From: an uncultured Myxococcales bacterium
GTDB taxonomy: Bacteria > Myxococcota > UBA4151
Reading direction: 5' to 3'
Assembly: GCA_964013405.1 (NCBI GenBank)
Contig: CAXGWI010000036.1
Coordinates: 1 to 25,906 of the forward strand
Length of the DNA stretch: 25,906 bases
Shown here: positions 1 to 7,444 of the stretch, in pieces
Layout of the letters: each line of letters opens with the position of its first letter
How positions within the stretch are numbered: position 1 is the stretch's first letter
Translations under genes and position numbers: made by a program
Notes under the pieces: model-generated
What the model was told of the DNA's origin: nothing
The model's input: the letters and a program-made list of their open reading frames with translations, nothing else
Database searches by the model: none

Positions 1-119
1 TCCCGCATGCGGTCGGTGCCGACGTCCTGCTTGTTGATCCACCCTGCTGTCAGGAAGGCGTAGACCAGGCCGAGCAAGCCGGCGACCGGAACGATATAGA
101 GCCATGTTTCGGGATTCAT
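1..119 (-). CDS. hppA: Membrane-bound H+/Na+-translocating pyrophosphatase, N-terminal fragment (runs off the window start)
   Basis: Not in the ORF track; translated by hand from ATG at 119: MNPETWLYIVPVAGLLGLVYAFLTAGWINKQDVGTDRMR. A TM helix followed by WIxKQDxGTxRM matches the typical HppA N-terminus. SD AGGAG at 128-124. Only 39 codons are visible. Confidence 0.75.
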   Translation of the reverse strand, partial: MNPETWLYIVPVAGLLGLVYAFLTAGWINKQDVGTDRMR

Positions 120-161
120 TTTTCTCCTACTCGCGTGCGCTATGCGCTTTGAGGCGGGCGC

Positions 162-190
162 CGTATATGGGGGGCCAAGGGGGGGGTCAA
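162..190 (-). promoter_or_regulatory. Putative sigma70 promoter for hppA (TTGACC-N17-TATACG)
   Basis: On the minus strand: TTGACC (190-185), a 17-nt spacer, then TATACG (167-162), 42 nt upstream of the start codon. Confidence 0.55.
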
Positions 191-214
191 GAGCGGTTTA
201 TTACGGAGATTGAC

Positions 215-248
215 GGGGCGAGTCCTGCGTCGCCCCTTGGGATGACGC
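215..248. other. GC-rich inverted repeats downstream of msbA (possible terminator or RNA-stability hairpins)
   Basis: GGGGCGA (215-221) pairs with TCGCCCC (230-236). An overlapping alternative is GCGTC (227-231) with GACGC (244-248). No U-tract follows on the minus strand. Confidence 0.3.
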
Positions 249-276
249 TAGAAGCCCAGCAAGAAGCGAAGAGCAC

Positions 277-2079
277 CTAGGCGTCCTCGAGTTCTACCTG
301 TCGTGCGTAGTAGCCACCCTGAGCCATTAACTCGGCGTGACTCCCCCGCTCCACCACCCGGCCCTTGGCCAACACGAGGATCTGGTGCGCACGACGTACC
401 GTGCCAAGTCGATGGGCTACCACCAACACGGTTCGACCCACCATCAAGCGCTCGAGCGCAGCCTGAACGGCCCGTTCCGCTTCCGAGTCGAGGGCGCTGG
501 TCGCCTCGTCGAGCAGGAGGATCGGCGCATCTTTCAACAGGGCCCTAGCGATCGCAATCCGTTGGCGCTGACCACCACTGAGCCGAACCCCTCGATCACC
601 CACTTGAGTCTCAAGCCCTTGGGGTAGTTCTTGGATAAAATCCCAGGCCTGGGCGGCCTGAGCGGCCTCGATGATCTCGGCCTCGGAGCTTTCCGGGGCT
701 GCGTAGGCGATGTTGGCCCGCACGGTATCGTGAAACAACACCACATCCTGGCTGACCACTGCGACCTGACGCCGCAGGCTCTGCTGGCTCAAGTGACGGA
801 GGTCCTGGCCATCGATGCGAATCGCGCCCTCTGTCACGTCGTAGAAGCGGGGCACCAGCTGCAACAGGGTCGACTTGCCGCAACCGCTCGGACCCACCAG
901 TGCGAAGGTCTCCCCCATGGGTACAGAAAAGTTCATCTCGCTGAGCACCGGCGGCAACAGGACCCCGTCGGACTCAGCATAAGCAAAGGCAACCCCCTCA
1001 AAGCTGAGGCTCTCATCCAAGCCTTGGAGTTCGACAGCGTCCTCAGCGTCCAGGACCTCGGCCTGGCGGTCAATGACCTCAAAGATGCGTTCGGAAGCGG
1101 CCATGCCGGTGGCGACAAAGGTGGAGATTCGACCGAGCTCCTTGATGGGGGCATAGATCAAAACGAGAGTGGCAAAGAAGCTGACGAAGAACTCCGGTGC
1201 CAGATAATCGGGATGGGCCTCCGGAAGGACCATCCGCCCCTGGGCATACCAAAGGACCGCCGCCAAACCGGCGACCCCGAGCAACTCGATCACCGGTGAA
1301 TAGGCGCCTCGGGCCAGAATGGAACGCCACATCACCCCCAGGAACTGCTGATGGGCCTGGCCAACACGGCTGCGCTCCCGCTCCTCGGACGCGCTGGCCT
1401 TGATCAACTCAATACCCGTCAGCCCTTGGGCGATCCGATCGGTCACAGCCCCGAGGGCATCGAGATACTCCCGGGCGATCCGGCGAATCGTCTTTAAAAA
1501 CAGGCTGATCGGCACCACGGCCAGGGGCACGGCCGCAAACGCGACCAGCGCCAACCACACGTCGAGAAGAAAGCATTGGAGAACCAGCGCGACGATGACG
1601 AGACTACTGCGCAAACCACTGGCCATGGCGTCCACCACCGCAAACTCCACTTGCACCACGTCCGTCGTAAACCGGCTCAGCAGATCACCGCCTCTGCGCC
1701 GATCGAAGAAGGCCTTCTCCTGGCCCAGCGTGGCCGCAAACAGTTGGTCGCGCAGATCGACAACCACATTCGATCCGATCCAACGCATCGTGATAAACTG
1801 CAGCCCATAGGCGATGCCCTTGATCACAACGATCGCGACCAACAACCACGCAATCCCCTTCGTGCCATGATCGGCGAGGAAACGGTTAAAGGGCTCAAAC
1901 TCCTGGGCCAGGATGTTGAAGCCCCGATCGCCACCGGTGATCAAATGGGAGAGCCCGGGCCCCAGCAAGAAGGCATAGGCTGCTGTGGTCAGCGCCAAGA
2001 TGACCATGGCGAAAATCGTGACCGGAAAAAGTCGTCGGTACGGCATGATCAGGCGCAATAAGCGCCGGTAGCTGCTCAT
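277..2079 (-). CDS. msbA: Lipid A export ABC transporter, fused TMD+NBD (MsbA-like)
   Basis: N-terminal TM domain; Walker A GPSGCGKS; signature LSGGQRQR; Walker B LLLDEATSALD; H-loop VAHRL; located in an operon with lpxB. Start moved to ATG 2079, giving an ATGA overlap with the upstream stop. Confidence 0.85.
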   Translation of the reverse strand: MSSYRRLLRLIMPYRRLFPVTIFAMVILALTTAAYAFLLGPGLSHLITGGDRGFNILAQEFEPFNRFLADHGTKGIAWLLVAIVVIKGIAYGLQFITMRWIGSNVVVDLRDQLFAATLGQEKAFFDRRRGGDLLSRFTTDVVQVEFAVVDAMASGLRSSLVIVALVLQCFLLDVWLALVAFAAVPLAVVPISLFLKTIRRIAREYLDALGAVTDRIAQGLTGIELIKASASEERERSRVGQAHQQFLGVMWRSILARGAYSPVIELLGVAGLAAVLWYAQGRMVLPEAHPDYLAPEFFVSFFATLVLIYAPIKELGRISTFVATGMAASERIFEVIDRQAEVLDAEDAVELQGLDESLSFEGVAFAYAESDGVLLPPVLSEMNFSVPMGETFALVGPSGCGKSTLLQLVPRFYDVTEGAIRIDGQDLRHLSQQSLRRQVAVVSQDVVLFHDTVRANIAYAAPESSEAEIIEAAQAAQAWDFIQELPQGLETQVGDRGVRLSGGQRQRIAIARALLKDAPILLLDEATSALDSEAERAVQAALERLMVGRTVLVVAHRLGTVRRAHQILVLAKGRVVERGSHAELMAQGGYYARQVELEDA

Positions 2080-2780
2080 GAGCGAACCTTGCTCCGAAGG
2101 CCCCATACGCTCATCATCGCTTCCACGACGATCCCCGAACTCATCTTGGATTCACCGGCCACCCGATCGGGAAAAACGATAGGGAACTCCTTGACCTGAA
2201 AGCCAGCGGACAGGGCCCGGTACTTCATTTCGATTTGAAACACGTAGCCCTTCGCTGCCACCGAGCTCAGATCCAACTGTCGCAGGACCTCTGCTCGCCA
2301 ACCGACAAAGCCGGCCGTGAGGTCCCGGATACGAACGCCCAGCAAGGTGCGCGCATAAAGAGAGCCGCCCCGGCTGATCATACGACGGACGAGCCCCCAG
2401 TTCTCGACCCCACCGCCCGGGACCCAACGGGAGCCAACGGCTACGTCCGCTGCTTCTAGCGTTGCCAGCATGTCGGGTAGGTAACGGGGCCGATGGGAAA
2501 AGTCCGCGTCCATCTCAATGAGCAAATCGTAATCGCGGGCGAGGCCCCATTCGAAACCCGCGAGGTACGCAGGCCCCAAGCCGCCCTTGCCTTCCCGGGC
2601 GAGGAGGTGGAGCCGGGGTTCGGTCGCGGCCATTTCGGCCACGCGGTCGCCGGTACCATCAGGGCTGTTGTCATCGATGATGAGGAGATCCACCGGCGCG
2701 GCAGCGAGGACGGCCGGAATGATCTGATCGATATTCTCCATCTCATTGTAGGTGGGCATGCAGACCAGCGGACGACTCAT
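2076..2780 (-). CDS. Polyprenol-monophosphomannose synthase / DPM1-like GT2 glycosyltransferase
   Basis: Motifs PTYNE, IDDNSPDGTG, GLGPAYLAGF, EMDADFSH, GSRWVPGG, DLTAGF, GYVFQIEM and FPDRVAGESKMS are characteristic of the Ppm1/DPM1-like family. Confidence 0.9.
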   Translation of the reverse strand: MSRPLVCMPTYNEMENIDQIIPAVLAAAPVDLLIIDDNSPDGTGDRVAEMAATEPRLHLLAREGKGGLGPAYLAGFEWGLARDYDLLIEMDADFSHRPRYLPDMLATLEAADVAVGSRWVPGGGVENWGLVRRMISRGGSLYARTLLGVRIRDLTAGFVGWRAEVLRQLDLSSVAAKGYVFQIEMKYRALSAGFQVKEFPIVFPDRVAGESKMSSGIVVEAMMSVWGLRSKVRS

Positions 2781-3364
2781 CAGTCACTCGTTTCCGTTTG
2801 TTCGGTGTGCATCGATGCCCGACCGAGGGCTGCGATGGCGAGCAGAAAACCAAGAGTCAGACCCGCCAGGACGTCTGTGGGCCAATGGGCCCCGATCGCA
2901 ATGCGGCTCCAGCCGACGATCAGAGGCAGGCCAAGCCCCACAAGAGCAGCGGCTCCGGAGCGACGTTGTCGCCACAGTGCGAGGCCAAAAACACCGAAGA
3001 CATAAGCCCCGGTGGCCGTGTGCCCCGATGGCATCGCTCTGGCCTTGAGTTCACCGCCGGGCAGCGAGGCCACTTCGTCGAGCACTGCACCCGGCCGCGG
3101 CCGATCGATACCGAACTTCAGCCCCTGAACCACGACCAACAAAACCAGCCCGCCTCCAATCACGCGAGCGATCGGGATGCGCTGCCAGGCCTTGAACAGG
3201 ACCATACCCAGAACGAAAACCGGCAGACAAAGCCAGGGCTCGCCCAAGTACGTCAACCATTGAGCCACTCCATCGCCCCGACCCGAAAGTGCCCGCAGGC
3301 CCGAAAGATCCGGTGGGAAAACGCCAGGAACAGCCCCGAGGAGGTGCAGTGATGGGTGCGTCAT
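2780..3364 (-). CDS. PAP2-family membrane phosphatase (LpxE/LpxF/BcrC/PgpB-like)
   Basis: C1 KFGIDRPRP, C2 PSGH, C3 SRIAIGAHWPTD and several TM helices. Start moved to ATG 3364 (ATGA overlap with the lpxB stop); the longer track ORF overlaps lpxB. Confidence 0.88.
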   Translation of the reverse strand: MTHPSLHLLGAVPGVFPPDLSGLRALSGRGDGVAQWLTYLGEPWLCLPVFVLGMVLFKAWQRIPIARVIGGGLVLLVVVQGLKFGIDRPRPGAVLDEVASLPGGELKARAMPSGHTATGAYVFGVFGLALWRQRRSGAAALVGLGLPLIVGWSRIAIGAHWPTDVLAGLTLGFLLAIAALGRASMHTEQTETSD

Positions 3365-4437
3365 TGCTGACCAAGGACCGCCTGAGCAACGGCCTCCATC
3401 CCCACCCCACCGGCCATGGCCTGTCGCAGGCGCCTGGACGCATCGAGCTGGGCGACCCGCTCCGGATGGTCTGCAGTGGCCAGGCGGTTTGCCACCTGCA
3501 CGATCGCCTCCGGCTTGGCCTCGCCTTGAAACATCTCTGGCCAGGGGCCCGGGCCTAAGACCAGGTTGGGCGGGGCCGTCTGTTCGAGGCGAACCAGGGA
3601 ACGACCAATGACCCAAGTCACCAGCGGTGCGCGAAACACCACGACCTGCGGTGTACCGATCAAAGCGGTCTCCAACGTCGCTGTGCCGTTACAGACGAGG
3701 GCCACCTTCGCACCGGCGACAGCGGCTTGCACGGTGTCGACCTGTTCCACGGGAAGGCCGGCAAAGCAGGCGCCGACCGCGGCCGCATCAAGAGTCGGTG
3801 CGACGGGCACTCGAAAGGAGGCCGTCGGGTCAGTTTGGAGCATGTGCTCCGCACAGCTTTTGAGCAGAGGCCCCACATAGTCCAACTCGGCCCGGCGACT
3901 TCCAGGCAGCAGCGCGATCGGCCCGTCCACACGAGATGGTGTTGGCTGACAATCATCAGCGATCGGATTGCCCAAATACTGACAATCCACCCCCTGTTCC
4001 CGCCACCAATCAGCCTCGAAGGGAAGGATCACGAACAGCTCGTCATAGGCTTTGCGGGCACTGGCGAGTCGCCAACTCCCCCAAGCCCACAGCTTGGGGG
4101 GAATGAAGCCGACCACACGAATACCGTGGCGACGAAGGGCCTTACCCAGCGGTAGGTGGAAGCCGGAGTAATCCACAAGGACCGCAGTCTTGACCCCCCG
4201 CTCTAGGGCGGCATTCACCAATGCGGTTCGTTGTTTCCTGAGGGTCCGCACCGTACCGATCAGGCGAGAGAAGCCGAAGGCCCCCTCGGCCCGGCAAATG
4301 GCTTCGACGCCTGCTGCCGCCAACTCAGGTCCGATTTTTCCCAAACAGGCCTGGTCGGGGCCGAGGGCGCGGACCAGTGCAGCGGCCTGGCGATCGCCGC
4401 TGGCTTCGCCGACGCTGATCAGGATCGGTGATTTCAT
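3361..4437 (-). CDS. lpxB: Lipid-A-disaccharide synthase
   Basis: Motifs ISVGEASGD, PKLWAW, ILPFE, GNP, LLPGSRRAE, GTATLE and PN near the C-terminus; length 358 aa is typical. Confidence 0.92.
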   Translation of the reverse strand: MKSPILISVGEASGDRQAAALVRALGPDQACLGKIGPELAAAGVEAICRAEGAFGFSRLIGTVRTLRKQRTALVNAALERGVKTAVLVDYSGFHLPLGKALRRHGIRVVGFIPPKLWAWGSWRLASARKAYDELFVILPFEADWWREQGVDCQYLGNPIADDCQPTPSRVDGPIALLPGSRRAELDYVGPLLKSCAEHMLQTDPTASFRVPVAPTLDAAAVGACFAGLPVEQVDTVQAAVAGAKVALVCNGTATLETALIGTPQVVVFRAPLVTWVIGRSLVRLEQTAPPNLVLGPGPWPEMFQGEAKPEAIVQVANRLATADHPERVAQLDASRRLRQAMAGGVGMEAVAQAVLGQQ

Positions 4438-4446
4438 CGTCGAGAA

Positions 4447-5340
4447 CTAGCGCCCAAGCGCCAAGGAAACAACGCTCAGACCCCCGAGGGCCAACCCGGC
4501 TCCCCACAGGACCCTGGCTCGTCCTTCTGCGGCCGAGAGCGTGTCCACTGTCTCCCGCGTGATCGGCCGGGCGTCGAAAGCATCCTGAGCTTGGCTCAAG
4601 GTCGCATAGCTGCTGCCGATCAAACCGACTCCGCCCAAACCCATGCCAAACCCCACCGACCGGAGCCAGGGATGCCCATTAGGCTGCGCAGCTGGTCCTT
4701 GAGACCCCGCCTTGGCAACCGTCGTGCCAGGTCCTGGCTTCGACGCTGGAGCCGACTTCTTTTGCCCCTTATTCTTCGCCAGAGCAGAGAGCACCTGATT
4801 GGCGAGCACCACCGCCTTGTCCGGTCTTAAAACGCCCTGAGGCAAAACTGTGCGTTGCACGAAATGCTCAACACCATCGGGCGCGATGCCGCGAATCACC
4901 GCAAGCGGCTCCCGCTCAACCTGTCGCAAAGTGACCACGAGCACCAAATCAAGAGGGATCAGTTGGCCTAAGGCCTGGACACATTCCCGTCGGCCGCAGC
5001 CCAACAAACGGGCCTGGTCCTCAAGGGGCAACACGCTGCGCAGGTTCGTCGGCTGGAGCACGGGCGACACCTTCTTCGTGCTCTCCAAAGCTTTTGCGAG
5101 TCGCTTGAGAAAACGGCGACCGGTTTTGGCTGGAACCCCGGCCCCTAATTGGGGCTCCATAATCGCAACCCGGGGTTTGTCGATCCGGTGTGGTGCGCCG
5201 ATCACCAACTCCTTCTTGGCCGGTGCCTCATCAAGACCGACGAGGGGCGGCAAACCGCTGTCTTGGGCAACAACGAGACCTGGGCCCATCAACAGAAGGC
5301 CCGGCAGGATGATGGCTGGCAGCACCTGGCTCATGATCAC
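4447..5340 (-). CDS. Hypothetical exported/membrane protein with a myxobacterial CxxxxC alpha/beta domain and C-terminal hydrophobic helices
   Basis: Signal-peptide-like N-terminus ending LVVA-QD; LLGCGRRECVQALGQLIPLDLVLV segment; Lys/Pro linker; two Gly-rich hydrophobic C-terminal segments. SD-like GAGG upstream; start is GTG 5340 or ATG 5334. Confidence 0.65.
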   Translation of the reverse strand: MIMSQVLPAIILPGLLLMGPGLVVAQDSGLPPLVGLDEAPAKKELVIGAPHRIDKPRVAIMEPQLGAGVPAKTGRRFLKRLAKALESTKKVSPVLQPTNLRSVLPLEDQARLLGCGRRECVQALGQLIPLDLVLVVTLRQVEREPLAVIRGIAPDGVEHFVQRTVLPQGVLRPDKAVVLANQVLSALAKNKGQKKSAPASKPGPGTTVAKAGSQGPAAQPNGHPWLRSVGFGMGLGGVGLIGSSYATLSQAQDAFDARPITRETVDTLSAAEGRARVLWGAGLALGGLSVVSLALGR

Positions 5341-5343
5341 TAT

Positions 5344-6369
5344 CTACCTCGTTGTGGGCTCCGGTCCAACCGGTCCATTGACGGGGGGGCGAGCCAAGGC
5401 TTCTGCGACGGCTTCAAGGGTCTGAAATTGGAGCGCTGGTCGCTCGTTGACCAAATGATGATCAGCCCCTTCGATGCGAAGGAACGTCGCCTGGGGCAGC
5501 CGCCTTCGAAGGACATCGAGATTATAGGACCAATGCACAGTGCCATCGACCGTCCCCTGAATCACAAGCAAGCCCTTATCCAAGGGCCCTCCGCGCACAA
5601 AACCGGTCTGCCATGCCTTGAGCGCATTCAACCAACCAAAGGGTATCTTACGCTGTTGCAATGGGTCCTGCTCCCGCAAGAACTTCATGAATTGCTCGTC
5701 GCTGGAGCAGCGACGAAAACGTCTTGGGACCGAGCCAACAAAGAGCGACACGACCGCTTTGGCGACGTTCGACTTACGGAAATGAGCCCAGCGAACCAAG
5801 GGGGCGAGAAGCACCACATTACCGTCTAGGGTACGGCCCTGGTCTAACTCGTTGAGCAATATGCTCGCCCCGGTGCTGTGGCCTACAAAATGAGTGGGCC
5901 CAGACACCGCCGGGAGTCGAGCGACGGCCTGGCGAACAGCTCGAAAGGCCTTCGCATAGTCGGCCATCGCCCGCAGATCTGCTCGGGGTCCCGTACTCAG
6001 TCCATGGCCCGGCAAATCGTAGAGAACGACCCGATACCCCTCCCTTAAGAGTCGCTTCACCAAGGGACCATAGCTTCCCATGTGGTCGAGGTAACCATGA
6101 ACCACGATGACCGTTCCCGAGGGAGCTGCCCGGGGCCTAAAAACCTGAACAGCGAGCCGTTGGTCAGCCACCGGAACCGACCCCAATCGCCAAGAGGCCT
6201 TGATCGAATCGAGACCATAAAAGCCGAGATAGGCTTGAGCCCGAGACGGCTTGAGTCCTTCATGCAATGGGGGCAGAACACGAGCCATGGCCGCAAAACG
6301 CCCGGCCCACTGCTGCCGCTCCACCGCTGGACTCAACAGCACCAAAGACAAGCCCGTTGTGATCAGCAA
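5344..6369 (-). CDS. Alpha/beta hydrolase, lysophospholipase/monoacylglycerol lipase-like
   Basis: VVHGYLDH oxyanion region, YDLPGHGLS, nucleophile GHSTG, acid QGTVD and His in ADHHL. TTG start overlaps the upstream stop; the exact start is uncertain. Confidence 0.85.
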   Translation of the reverse strand: MLITTGLSLVLLSPAVERQQWAGRFAAMARVLPPLHEGLKPSRAQAYLGFYGLDSIKASWRLGSVPVADQRLAVQVFRPRAAPSGTVIVVHGYLDHMGSYGPLVKRLLREGYRVVLYDLPGHGLSTGPRADLRAMADYAKAFRAVRQAVARLPAVSGPTHFVGHSTGASILLNELDQGRTLDGNVVLLAPLVRWAHFRKSNVAKAVVSLFVGSVPRRFRRCSSDEQFMKFLREQDPLQQRKIPFGWLNALKAWQTGFVRGGPLDKGLLVIQGTVDGTVHWSYNLDVLRRRLPQATFLRIEGADHHLVNERPALQFQTLEAVAEALARPPVNGPVGPEPTTR

Positions 6370-6803
6370 AGCGCCAACCGCCGCTTCATTTCCCGGTGGG
6401 GAATGCCCAACTCAAGGTAGTCTTCAGAGCTCGCAGTGTAGCCCAGTCGGGTATAGAAAGGCGCCGCGGTCACCCTCGCATGGAGAACCACCTCAACGAT
6501 GCCCTTCTCCACCAAGGCCTCCTCCAGGCCCCGAACGAGGGCCCGACCCAAACCTTGCCCCTGACAATCGGCGGCCACAGCCATCTGATACAAGCGACCA
6601 GATCGACCCCTTGGGTGGAACAAAACGCAACCAACCAACCGGTCGCCGTCCACGGCCACAAAGTGAAGACTCTCTCGTTCGAATGGGAACTCGTTGGGAT
6701 CAAAGGATCGCCCAATCGGTTGGCGAAGGACGGCATCACGCAGTTTCTTTTCCGCCTCATACCAGTCACCATCCGGTTCGATGAATCGAAATTCCAGAGC
6801 CAT
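6363..6803 (-). CDS. GNAT family N-acetyltransferase (ElaA/YjcF-like)
   Basis: Acetyl-CoA motif A QMAVAADCQGQGLGRAL; LHARVTAAPFYTRLGY; GIPHREM. Start set to ATG 6803 with GAGG upstream. Confidence 0.88.
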   Translation of the reverse strand: MALEFRFIEPDGDWYEAEKKLRDAVLRQPIGRSFDPNEFPFERESLHFVAVDGDRLVGCVLFHPRGRSGRLYQMAVAADCQGQGLGRALVRGLEEALVEKGIVEVVLHARVTAAPFYTRLGYTASSEDYLELGIPHREMKRRLALC

Positions 6804-6883
6804 TGTGTTGCGCCTCGCTGCGAGAATAGTCGGCTCTCTCAAGGCTCGCCAGCCCCTTTGGTTTCGGGCATGAGGAAAGGGCC

Positions 6884-7444
6884 ATGGATGTGTATCGATC
6901 CCTTTTCGATGGTGCCGTCAAGGTGCTGCAACCTCGTCGTTTCGAAGACGAACGGGGCTATTTTATGGAATCTTGGCGAGAGGAGACCCTGGCGGAGGCC
7001 CTTGGTATGGATCTCGCCTTTGTTCAGGACAATGAGAGCCTGTCGGCCCGCGGTGTCCTGAGGGGTCTCCACTACCAATGGGATCCACCCCAAGGAAAGC
7101 TCGTGCGCTGTGCCCACGGTAAGGTCCTCGATGTTGCCGTGGATTTGCGCCGGTCGTCACCCACCCTTGGACAGGCAGAGGTCATCGAATTGAGCGCTGA
7201 CAACCGGCTCCAGATCTGGATTCCACCGGGCTTCGCTCACGGTTTCCTCAGCCTGACAGACGATGCCCTGGTGTTGTACAAATGTACGGCCCGCTGGTCA
7301 GCGGAAGGGGAGAGTGGGCTTTGGCCCCTCGATCCAGAACTCAACATCAACTGGCCCTGCGCTGCCGATGAGATCACCCTGTCGCCGAAGGACGCCGAGG
7401 CCAAAACGCTCGCTGACTATCTGGCGGATCCAGTCTTCGACTAG
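6884..7444 (+). CDS. rfbC: dTDP-4-dehydrorhamnose 3,5-epimerase
   Basis: Motifs FEDERGYFMES, FVQDNESLS, RGLHYQ, QGKLVRC, DVAVDLR, IPPGFAHGF and LYKCT; purine-rich SD upstream. Confidence 0.95.
   Translation: MDVYRSLFDGAVKVLQPRRFEDERGYFMESWREETLAEALGMDLAFVQDNESLSARGVLRGLHYQWDPPQGKLVRCAHGKVLDVAVDLRRSSPTLGQAEVIELSADNRLQIWIPPGFAHGFLSLTDDALVLYKCTARWSAEGESGLWPLDPELNINWPCAADEITLSPKDAEAKTLADYLADPVFD

Noticed and set aside
195..276. Alternative hairpins upstream of hppA as a possible ion-sensing riboswitch
   Set aside because: They lie upstream of the predicted promoter, and I could not match a known aptamer consensus. An Rfam/Infernal scan would settle it.
3365..3616. N-terminal extensions in the ORF track (PAP2; also 2106, 6842, 12091, 19212 and 19378 starts)
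   Set aside because: They overlap neighbouring genes or lack an SD; downstream starts have SDs or stop/start coupling.
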